Assembly (NCBI GenBank): GCA_035712285.1
Contig: DASTBA010000044.1
Span: 1,954 to 65,953, forward strand
DNA: 64,000 nt
Direction: 5' to 3'
DNA from: Gemmatimonadales bacterium
GTDB lineage: Bacteria; Gemmatimonadota; Gemmatimonadetes; Gemmatimonadales; GWC2-71-9
The notes beneath the pieces were generated by a model that worked only from the letters and a program-made list of their open reading frames with translations, had not been told where the DNA came from and did no database searches. Positions 54,501-61,504 of the stretch are shown in pieces. Position numbers and translations under genes: made by a program. The stretch's first letter is position 1. Each line of letters opens with the position of its first letter.

Positions 54501-55056
54501 CGTGAGCGCGAGCTTCTCCATCACGGGAGGGGGTTCCCGGGGGCTCTCGTCGCCGTTCGGCACCGGGCTCTCGCCCCGGCCGGGCCAGATGGATCCTGCC
54601 GGCCAGCCGCTCTACCGGCCCGGGATCGGCACATCGAATTTCGGCCCGACCGGCTTCGGCACCGGCCCGCAGAGTCCGGGCGCCTTCTACTCGAACGACC
54701 AGATTCCGATGGGCGGCGGCCGCCGGTTCTCGGCGAACTTCACCTACACGCTCTCGCGCCAGCGGCCCAATCCGCTGGCGGCCCCCGGCGCCCAGTCCTC
54801 CCAGCAGAACGTCAATTTTTCCACGGCATTCTCGCCGACGCCGCTCTGGGCGGTGTCGTGGCAGACCCAGTACAACATCACCGAGAAGCGGTTCGAGTCG
54901 CATGTGGTCCGGCTGGAGCGGGACCTGCACGACTGGCGCGCCGCCTTCAATTTCGTCCGCAATGCGAACGGCAACGTGGCGGTCTATTTTTCGGTGTACC
55001 TGATCAATCTCCCCGAGCTGAAGCTGGACTTCAACCAGTCCACCCTCGGGAACTGA
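51565..55056 (+). CDS. Single 1163-codon ORF encoding a complete TatC domain fused in frame to a complete LptD/OstA-like outer-membrane protein
   Basis: Residues 1-245 read as TatC: MPFLDHLEELRTRLL plus six TM segments, ending LLSRRRRK. A signal-peptide-like segment follows (AAAVLVLLLLGAGRADA/QG). Next comes an OstA_N-like region (LELNGHAHAEREGAVLDARHIAYD). Then LptD barrel motifs appear (CVLPSPHYHFAARRIKW, VPILWLPFIFQDTRPGRHSGILVP, IGYYWAPSPYLDLTARMDWYSGRY). No stop codon occurs anywhere in this frame. Confidence 0.8.
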   Translation: MNGSGAEMPFLDHLEELRTRLLRALIALVAGFALGFYLVQRYQLVGVISKPIQPFLGATGKLTVLTPTEPVMIVFKLAFVVGLVFAAPFVLWQIWAFLAPALYLKEKRVIVPALFVGSGLFVVGAVLGWLFVVPQSLRVLFSFQTEALSPMITYDGYFSFLVQVLIALGVSFELPLIIFVLAWLGVATPARLNSFRRFAIVLACMAGAILSPGTDLITMVMFTIPLLILYEIGFLASVLLSRRRRKVEAAAVLVLLLLGAGRADAQGVPGRARPAPADTGKPAPAARTDSLRPDSALQAQGTDSVLDALLQRAGFVVTKYRADSASFTASDRRLELNGHAHAEREGAVLDARHIAYDQAECLLTANGKPVLKEGERTLAGEGIRYDTCRKRGTVHGGQTEFSEGGTTWFIRGNVQKDSSSTRLFAGSSEITSCVLPSPHYHFAARRIKWLSGDMLVARPVVLYIRDVPILWLPFIFQDTRPGRHSGILVPKVGINDIFRTSRTYNRQITNIGYYWAPSPYLDLTARMDWYSGRYLQFGVASQYRVLNRFLSGALEVNRQFESGGGSGFGVRWSHQQAFNISTNLNLDINYLSNTKIVDRNALDPLLNTQQVTSSFNFTKRYGWGSLSLGGNRRQNLSDSTSTTQLPSLTISPKPLDLGRNITWTPGLSLVRTEDRNRPLAPLLVFNPDGSTDTVPQVASNRVTSLNFDTPFRIGGFNWRNTLTMQDARLSGRQVDSLRQPDLTTPDPNDSVTVYTTAPGDFETDLNWDTGINLPLLLRSTWKLQPSVGITNASTQSPYYAVRNRETGGAWVFQKKRLLLSATLSPTFFFLSRGGIGPVTRFRHSFSPLIRWDYAPAATVPEAFARAVVGPNGTPVLRSDARQTLSVSLTQSLEGKGRSRPGDSLGVSARKFRILSISTSGVTYDFEQAKKPGMNGWTTQSVTNTVLSDLLPGFNVSITHNLWAGQVGVDTSRFSPFLQNVSASFSITGGGSRGLSSPFGTGLSPRPGQMDPAGQPLYRPGIGTSNFGPTGFGTGPQSPGAFYSNDQIPMGGGRRFSANFTYTLSRQRPNPLAAPGAQSSQQNVNFSTAFSPTPLWAVSWQTQYNITEKRFESHVVRLERDLHDWRAAFNFVRNANGNVAVYFSVYLINLPELKLDFNQSTLGN

Positions 55057-55176
55057 CCGTCCCTGCGGTGAGACAGTACGGGCCCGCCGGGCTGGAGATG
55101 ACCGGGCCGCCATCTGCCTCGTGCTGGCACAGGCTGTGCGCTCGCGACCTTCATCACCCTCTGGAGATGAGACCTC

Positions 55177-56019
55177 ATGTACCGACTGTTCGCCCTGGCG
55201 GCCGCGGGCATCCTGGCGGCATGCAGTTCGGACTCGACCGGGCCCGGCACGCCCCCCCCGACCCCCAGCGGCCTCAGCTCGACATCGCTCGATGGGGCGG
55301 TGGCCCTGGACTGGCCGGACAACGCGTTCGAGGCGGACCCCTCGAACTTCAGCAACTACGTGGTGTACAGCACCAGCTACAACCTGGACCAGGATCAGTG
55401 CGGGACCGGCTGGAACGTGGAGGGAACGACGGTCGCGCCGGAATTCATCGTGGGCGCACTGACCAACGGCGTGCCGCGCTGCTTCGGCGTGTCGGCGGTG
55501 AGCGTCGGCGGGAACGAGAGCGGGCGGTCACCGCTGCGGAACGATACGCCGCGGCCCGATGCGCGGAACGTGGTCGTCTATGCGCGGCAGTCCCAGAACA
55601 CCGGATCGGGCTTCCGGTTCTGGCAGGATCTCAATGGCAATGGCACCGTGGAGAGCAATGAGCTGGGCCTTTCGCTCGCGGGCTCGGATGCCGGCGCGGA
55701 CTTCACCGTCGAGCGCGACGGGACCGGCAATCTGTTTCTCACGCCGGCGCGGGCCGGCACCACGGTGGCGCTGTACGGGACGGCTCCGGTAGAGGATCTC
55801 ACGAGCATCGATATTGCGCCCGTCAGCGGGTACGATGCCGCAGGACTCGAGGCGCTGCCCGGGTGGGGCTACGTGTTCCAGATGACGGAGCCGGACGCGT
55901 TCTTCCGCTATGGGGCGGTGCGCGTCACGCACGTGGGGCAGAACTTCCTCATCCTGGACTGGGCCTACCAGACCGACCCCGGCAATCCGGAGCTGCTGCG
56001 CCGTTCCACCCATGACTGA
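55177..56019 (+). CDS. Lipoprotein with fibronectin-III-like domain, unknown function
   Basis: Lipobox ILAACSSDSTGP. An FN3-like segment follows (PSGLSSTSLDGAVALDWPDN....NFSNYVVYST). It overlaps hutH by 8 nt. Confidence 0.6.
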   Translation: MYRLFALAAAGILAACSSDSTGPGTPPPTPSGLSSTSLDGAVALDWPDNAFEADPSNFSNYVVYSTSYNLDQDQCGTGWNVEGTTVAPEFIVGALTNGVPRCFGVSAVSVGGNESGRSPLRNDTPRPDARNVVVYARQSQNTGSGFRFWQDLNGNGTVESNELGLSLAGSDAGADFTVERDGTGNLFLTPARAGTTVALYGTAPVEDLTSIDIAPVSGYDAAGLEALPGWGYVFQMTEPDAFFRYGAVRVTHVGQNFLILDWAYQTDPGNPELLRRSTHD

Positions 56020-57535
56020 TGCCACGCTGGTGCTCGACGGCCGCTCGCTCACGGTGGAAGCCGTGGTGCGGGCGGCTCGCACGCCTGCCCTCAAGCTTGC
56101 CTTGGCGGCGGATGCGCGGGAGCAGCTCGCCCGGAGCCGGGCGCGGGTGGAAGCGGCCATCGCCTCCGGCGGTGCGATCTACGGGATCAATACCGGATTC
56201 GGCAAGCTGGCCAATGTCCGGGTGGCCGCCGACCAGCTCGACCAGCTTCAGGTGAACCTGCTGCGGAGTCACGCGGCGGGAGTCGGCGCACCGCTCCCGG
56301 CTGACGCGGTGCGGGCGCTGATGCTGCTGCGCGCCAACGTGCTTGCCCGGCCCACCAGCGGGGTCCGGCCCGGGCTGGTGGACGCCCTCGTGGCGCTCTT
56401 CAACAGCGGGCTGGTGCCCTGGGTGCCGGAGCAGGGCAGCGTCGGGGCGAGCGGCGACCTGGCTCCGCTCAGCCATGTGGCGCTGGTGCTGCTGGGCGAA
56501 GGGACCCTGAAGACGGAAGCCGGTGCCCAGGTGCCTGCCGCGGATCGGCTCTCCCGCGAGGGGATCACGCCGTGGCGGTTCGGCCCGAAGGAGGGCATCT
56601 CGTTCATCAACGGGACCCAGGCCCAGACGGCGCTGCTGGCGCTGCTGGTGCATGACGCCGAGCAGCTCTGGCGCACCGCCGTGGGAGCGGCGGCGCTGAG
56701 TCTCGAGGCGCTCCGCGGGACCCCGGTGCCGCTCGATCCCCGCATTCACGCCGCGCGCCCGCACCGGGGCCAGCTGGAATGCGCCGAACTGATGCGCGCA
56801 CTGCTGGAAGACAGCGAGATTCGCGAATCCCACCGGGAGAACGATCCGCGGGTACAGGACGCGTACAGCCTGCGCTGCACGCCCCAGGTGCTCGGGGCGT
56901 GCGCCGATGCGATCCGGTTCGCCCGCGAGACCGTGGAGGTGGAGCTGAACGCCAGCACCGACAATCCGCTGGTCTTCGAGAACGGCGATGTACTGAGCGG
57001 CGGCAACTTCCACGGGCAGCCGGTCGCCCAGGCGCTCGATGTGCTCGCCATGACACTGACGACGCTGCAGGCAATCAGCGAACGCCGCATCGAGCGGCTG
57101 GTGAATCCCGACCTCTCCCAGGGCTTGCCGGCGTTCCTGACCCGGGATCCCGGGCTCTCCTCGGGCTTCATGATGGTGCAGATCACCGCCGCGTCACTGG
57201 TGGCCGAGTCGCGGACCCTCTGCGTCCCGGCGAGCATCGGCTCGATCCCGACCGATGCCAACCAGGAGGACTTCGTGCCGATGGGAATGGCGGCGGCCTA
57301 CAAGTGCCGGCGGATCCTGGAGAACGCGGCGCGGGTGGTGGGTGCTGAATTCCTGTGCGGGGTCCAGGGGATCGAGTTTCACCGGCCGCTCAAGGCAGGT
57401 CGCGGGGTGGAACGCCTGGCGGAATTGGTGAGGGGCCCACGGATCGGCATTGCCCCCCTCGATGGGGACCGTCCCCCGGCACCCGATCTGGAGCGCATGG
57501 CCAGCGCGGTCCTCGGCGGCTTGCTGTCCAGCTGA
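56012..57535 (+). CDS. hutH: Histidine ammonia-lyase (MIO-dependent)
   Basis: GSVGASGDLAPLSH (the ASG triad that forms MIO), YGINTGFG, and SH in LLRSHAAGVG (the histidase-type selectivity residues). Confidence 0.9.
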   Translation: MTDATLVLDGRSLTVEAVVRAARTPALKLALAADAREQLARSRARVEAAIASGGAIYGINTGFGKLANVRVAADQLDQLQVNLLRSHAAGVGAPLPADAVRALMLLRANVLARPTSGVRPGLVDALVALFNSGLVPWVPEQGSVGASGDLAPLSHVALVLLGEGTLKTEAGAQVPAADRLSREGITPWRFGPKEGISFINGTQAQTALLALLVHDAEQLWRTAVGAAALSLEALRGTPVPLDPRIHAARPHRGQLECAELMRALLEDSEIRESHRENDPRVQDAYSLRCTPQVLGACADAIRFARETVEVELNASTDNPLVFENGDVLSGGNFHGQPVAQALDVLAMTLTTLQAISERRIERLVNPDLSQGLPAFLTRDPGLSSGFMMVQITAASLVAESRTLCVPASIGSIPTDANQEDFVPMGMAAAYKCRRILENAARVVGAEFLCGVQGIEFHRPLKAGRGVERLAELVRGPRIGIAPLDGDRPPAPDLERMASAVLGGLLSS

Positions 57536-57556
57536 CGCCGGCAATTCCGCTTGTCC

Positions 57557-57582
57557 GGCCCGAGCGGCGGGCCTATCTTTTT
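57557..57582 (+). terminator. Weak intrinsic terminator candidate downstream of hutH
   Basis: GGCCCG agcgg CGGGCC (6-bp GC stem) followed by TATCTTTTT. Confidence 0.4.
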
Positions 57583-57626
57583 CACCTCCAAGCGCCACGC
57601 CTGTTCCCCTCATTCCAGCCGGCCGA

Positions 57627-59939
57627 ATGAATCTAGAGAAGCTCAAGGACACGGCCCGGAAGCACGAGCAGAAGGAGGACTGGCGGAAGGCCATTGACGC
57701 CTACCAGAAGATCATCCAGCAGTTTGACGCCGGCCGTGACGCCGACGCCGACCTCACCATCTACAACCGGGTCGGGGATCTCCAGCTCAAGCTGAATGAC
57801 CCCGGCGCCGCCGTGCAGTCCTACGAACGGGCGGCGGAGCTCTACGCCGAACAGGGATTCCTCAACAACGCCATCGCGCTCTGCGGCAAGGTGCTGCGGG
57901 TGAACCCGGGCCGGGTGCAGGTGTACCTGCAGCTGGCGCACCTGCACGCGCGGAAGAACGTCGTGTCGGAGGCCAAGCGGAATCTCATCGAGTACATGGA
58001 GCGGATGAACACGCTCGGCAAGCTCGATGAGGCCTTTGCCCAGCTCAAGGCCTTCGCCGACCAGCACAGTGCCAACCAGGACATCCGGATGATGCTGGTG
58101 GAACTGCTGCGGGCCGCCTCGCGCGCCGAGGAGGCGCAGGAGCAGCTGGAGAAGATCGCCACCGAGCTGGAGGCGCGCGGTGACCGGGCGGGCGCCCGGC
58201 TGACGCGCGAGCGGCTCCAGCCCGCCGGCAGGGAGGAGTCGCCGGAGCCGGCGGCCAAGAATGACCTGGTGTTTCTCGAGACCGGATTCGAGCCGCCGCG
58301 CGCGCCCACCCGCGAACCGGCAGCAGCCGCAGCGGCGCCAGAGCCAGTCCCGGTCCCGGCTCCGGCGCCGGTGGAAGGGCTGGAGGTGGTGGCTGGAGGG
58401 GCGGTACCGGGCGTGGAGGACGCGGCCCCGGCCCCGATTGCCGGGCTCGACGTATTCGAGCCGGCGTCGCTGGATGCTGGCACGGCGGAAGCGGGCCCGT
58501 TGCTGGATCTGCAGGCAGGGAGTTTCGAGCCGGAAGTGGCCCCGGAGATCGCGCCGGTGGAAGGGCTGGACCGCGTGTCGGCCGACGACGCCATGGCGGT
58601 CGGCGGCGAGCTCGACATCATCCATGCCCCCGACCTGGCCGATTCGCTGCTGGGCGACGCGCTCCCGGCCGAGCCGGAGTCGGGTGATGCGGCGGTGGAA
58701 CTGACGGATACCGGGTTCACCGACCGCTACCTGGATGATTTCGACATCGGCGATCCGCTGTCGCTGGAGTCCCGGCGCTCGGAGTCGGAGGACCTCCTCG
58801 AAGAGGAGGAGCCGCTCCTGCCGTCGCCGGAACTGGCGTCGGACATCCTCAGCCTTCCCGATGAGGCGGTTCCACCGGCACCAGCGGATTCCACGGCCCT
58901 GTCGGAGCTCCAGATTCCGGAGCTGGAGGACCGGATCATTGACGATCCGGAGAGCGGCGAACTGCATCGCGCGCTGGCCGACCGCCTGGTGCGGGAGGCG
59001 GACCTCGGCCGCGCGGTCGAGGAATACCTGCTCGCCATCGGCGCTTTCGAGCACCATGACGCGTGGATGCCCGCGCTGGATGCGGTGGACGCGCTGCTCG
59101 AGGTCGAGCCCGATGCAATCCGGCATCAGCAGAAGCGGGTCGAGCTGGCCTATCGCAGTGGCGACCGTGACCGGCTGCTCGCGGCGTACCTGAGCCTGGC
59201 CGAAGCCCTGGTCCGGGCCGAAGCGCTGGACAAGGCGATCGCGGTCTACCACCGGGTCCTCGAACACAATCCCGACAACGCCTCGGCGCGCGATGCGCTG
59301 ACCTGGCTCGCCTCCGTGCAGCAGCAGAAGGCGCCCGCAGCCGAGGAGAAGCCGGTCGCGGCGCCGGCAGTCCTGCCCGTCCCGCCCGCCTCGTCCGTCT
59401 CGTCCGCCGGCTTCGTGGACCTGGGGTCGATGGTGATCGAGCCGGGCGACCCGATGGACACGCGCATGCGGGTGGACGGCGAACGCCCGACCGGCGATGA
59501 GCAGAAGGACTTCCAGGAAACCCTGGCGCAGTTCAAGAAGGGCATCGAGGCGAACCTCGGCACGGAGGACTACGAGGCGCATTACGACCTCGGCGTCGCC
59601 TTCAAGGAAATGGGGCTCCTCGACGAGGCCATCGCCGAGTTCCAGAAGGCACTGCGGTCGCCCGATGGCCGGCTCCGGACCTCGGAGGCACTGGGCGTCA
59701 CATTCTACGAGAAGCAGCAGTATGCGATCTCCGAAACCATCCTGCGGCGGGCGGTGGAGTCGCTGCCCGGCGGCGACGAGGAGAAAATCGGCTTGCTGTA
59801 CTGGCTGGGCCGCTCGTCCGAGGCACTCGGCAAGCCGGCGGACGCGCGGCAGGCCTACGAGCGGGCCCTCGCGGTGGACATCCGGTTCATGGACCTGGGC
59901 GAGCGGGTGAAATCCCTCGGCGCGGGACAGCGGGCATGA
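57627..59939 (+). CDS. Large TPR protein with central acidic Pro/Ala/Glu/Asp-rich disordered region
   Basis: 770 aa. N-terminal TPR-like helices come first, then about 250 residues of acidic low complexity (EPVPVPAPAPVEGLE...DLLEEEEPLLPSPE). C-terminal TPRs follow (DYEAHYDLGVAFKEMGLLDEAIAEFQKAL). The track ORF starts 59 codons upstream. Confidence 0.7.
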   Translation: MNLEKLKDTARKHEQKEDWRKAIDAYQKIIQQFDAGRDADADLTIYNRVGDLQLKLNDPGAAVQSYERAAELYAEQGFLNNAIALCGKVLRVNPGRVQVYLQLAHLHARKNVVSEAKRNLIEYMERMNTLGKLDEAFAQLKAFADQHSANQDIRMMLVELLRAASRAEEAQEQLEKIATELEARGDRAGARLTRERLQPAGREESPEPAAKNDLVFLETGFEPPRAPTREPAAAAAAPEPVPVPAPAPVEGLEVVAGGAVPGVEDAAPAPIAGLDVFEPASLDAGTAEAGPLLDLQAGSFEPEVAPEIAPVEGLDRVSADDAMAVGGELDIIHAPDLADSLLGDALPAEPESGDAAVELTDTGFTDRYLDDFDIGDPLSLESRRSESEDLLEEEEPLLPSPELASDILSLPDEAVPPAPADSTALSELQIPELEDRIIDDPESGELHRALADRLVREADLGRAVEEYLLAIGAFEHHDAWMPALDAVDALLEVEPDAIRHQQKRVELAYRSGDRDRLLAAYLSLAEALVRAEALDKAIAVYHRVLEHNPDNASARDALTWLASVQQQKAPAAEEKPVAAPAVLPVPPASSVSSAGFVDLGSMVIEPGDPMDTRMRVDGERPTGDEQKDFQETLAQFKKGIEANLGTEDYEAHYDLGVAFKEMGLLDEAIAEFQKALRSPDGRLRTSEALGVTFYEKQQYAISETILRRAVESLPGGDEEKIGLLYWLGRSSEALGKPADARQAYERALAVDIRFMDLGERVKSLGAGQRA

Positions 59940-60928
59940 GGACGGAGCCGGCGGCCACGCCCACGCTCGCCGACCTGCAGGCCCCGATCCGGGACCGCCT
60001 CGAGGGCGTCACGCGGGAACTGCGCCGCGTGGTGGAAGCTGATTTCCCGCTCATCAGCGAGGTGAATTCGCACCTCTTCCGGATGCAGGGCAAGCTCTTC
60101 CGCCCGACCCTGCTGCTCCTGGCGGACGATGCCACCGGCGGCCCCAGCGGCCGGGCCGTGGCGCTGGCCGCCATCGTGGAGCTGATCCACCTGGCCACGC
60201 TGGTGCATGACGATTCGGTGGATCACTCGGTGCTCCGCCGCGGCATGCCGACGATCAATGCGCTGTTCAGCCACCAGGTGTCGGTCATCATGGGCGACTA
60301 CCTGTACTCCCGGGCGGTGATCGAGCTCGTGCGGCTGGACGATCTGGAGCCGCTGCGCGTGATGAGCCGGGTCACGAACGAGATGACGATGGGCGAGATG
60401 CGCCAGCTGCTGGCGCATGACCGGCTCTCGTTCGATGAAGCCGCCTATGACCTGCTGATCCGCGCCAAGACCGCCTCGCTCCTGTCCGGCGCCTGCGAGG
60501 TGGGCGGCATCGGCGCACCGGCGCCGCAGCGCGGTGCATTGGCCCGGTTCGGGGATGCGCTGGGAATGGTGTTCCAGATCGTGGACGACCTGCTCGACTA
60601 CACCGAGGACGAGGCGATGACGGGCAAGCCATCCGGCCTCGACCTCCGCGAGCACAAGGTGACGCTGCCCCTCATCGCCGCCCTGCCGCGCATGTCCGAG
60701 GCGGGGCGGCGGGACGTGAATGCCCTGATGCGGAGCGAGGAGCCGGATGCCGACCAGGTTGCCCGGGTAGTGGCCCTGGTGGCCGAGGCCGGCGGCTTGG
60801 AGTACGCCCGGGAGCGCGCCCAGCGATGGGCGGAGCAGGCCGACCGCGAACTCGACCATCTGCCCCCGTCATCGGCTCGGGAACTGTTGCGCTCGAGCGT
60901 GGTCTATGCCCTGGAGCGGAGGCGATAA
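59936..60928 (+). CDS. ispB: Polyprenyl diphosphate synthase (IspB-like, trans-IPPS)
   Basis: First and second Asp-rich motifs are present: LVHDDSVD and FQIVDDLLDY. ATGA overlap with the upstream gene. Confidence 0.85.
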   Translation: MRTEPAATPTLADLQAPIRDRLEGVTRELRRVVEADFPLISEVNSHLFRMQGKLFRPTLLLLADDATGGPSGRAVALAAIVELIHLATLVHDDSVDHSVLRRGMPTINALFSHQVSVIMGDYLYSRAVIELVRLDDLEPLRVMSRVTNEMTMGEMRQLLAHDRLSFDEAAYDLLIRAKTASLLSGACEVGGIGAPAPQRGALARFGDALGMVFQIVDDLLDYTEDEAMTGKPSGLDLREHKVTLPLIAALPRMSEAGRRDVNALMRSEEPDADQVARVVALVAEAGGLEYARERAQRWAEQADRELDHLPPSSARELLRSSVVYALERRR

Positions 60929-61200
60929 TGCCGAGCGGTCCCCGCAGGCCCGGATTCTACATCGGCGTGCTGCTCACCGGTTTCATTCTGGGCGGCTTTC
61001 TGGCGGCCTTCCTGCGGCGATGGCTTCCGGAAGGCGCCCCCCGTGATTTCTTCACCACCGCGTGGACGCCGACCTTCGGCCCTGTCTCCGCCGACCTGCT
61101 GGTGCTAAACTTCACCCTGGGACCGGTCGGGATACACGTGACCCTGCTCAGCCTCGTCGGCGTGCTGGTGGCGTACCTGATCGCACGGTCCCTCTTCTAG
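60928..61200 (+). CDS. Small two-TM membrane protein (DUF4321-like)
   Basis: 90 aa with two hydrophobic helices (FYIGVLLTGFILGGFLAAFL; VTLLSLVGVLVAYLIA). The ATG shares 1 nt with the ispB TAA stop. The family name is from memory only. Confidence 0.5.
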   Translation: MPSGPRRPGFYIGVLLTGFILGGFLAAFLRRWLPEGAPRDFFTTAWTPTFGPVSADLLVLNFTLGPVGIHVTLLSLVGVLVAYLIARSLF

Positions 61201-61208
61201 GAGGCCAT

Positions 61209-61460
61209 GTGTTCGGCAATCTCGGCATGCCGGAGATCCTGCTCATCCTCGTGGTGGTGCTGCTGGTGTTCGGAGCCAAGCGGCTGCCCGAGGTGGGCTC
61301 GTCCATCGGCAAGGGAATCCGGGAATTCAAGCGGAGCCTGAGCGACACGCAGGATGCCATCTCCGGCGGCGACGAGCAGCAGCGGACCCTGTCGTCGCGC
61401 CAGATGGATGCGTCGCAGCCGCCCGCGAACAGCGGCGAGCCCAAGCGCCTGTCGCAGTAG
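61209..61460 (+). CDS. tatA: Twin-arginine translocase subunit TatA/E
   Basis: GTG start 4 nt after GGAGG. The translation (M)FGNLGMPEILLILVVVLLVFGAKRLPEVGSSIGKGIREFKRS is near-consensus TatA. Confidence 0.85.
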   Translation: MFGNLGMPEILLILVVVLLVFGAKRLPEVGSSIGKGIREFKRSLSDTQDAISGGDEQQRTLSSRQMDASQPPANSGEPKRLSQ

Positions 61461-61489
61461 GGGCGCACGGCCGTGCGCCCCTACTGCGA
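61452..61489. terminator. Perfect 19+19 nt palindrome between convergent tatA and the ppiD-like gene (putative bidirectional terminator, no U-tract)
   Basis: TCGCAGTAGGGGCGCACGG / CCGTGCGCCCCTACTGCGA are exact reverse complements. The left arm contains the tatA TAG stop (61458-61460). Confidence 0.55.
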
Positions 61490-61504
61490 CACGGGGTCAC
61501 GGCG

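Noticed and set aside
51415-55113. 1232-aa ORF on the minus strand spanning the whole tatC-lptD region, plus the +2-frame 933-aa ORF at 52860..55661.
   Set aside because: The translations are Arg/Pro/Gly/His-rich low complexity with no recognisable motifs. They mirror a plus-strand frame that carries clear TatC and LptD signatures. Long stop-free antisense frames are expected at this GC content.
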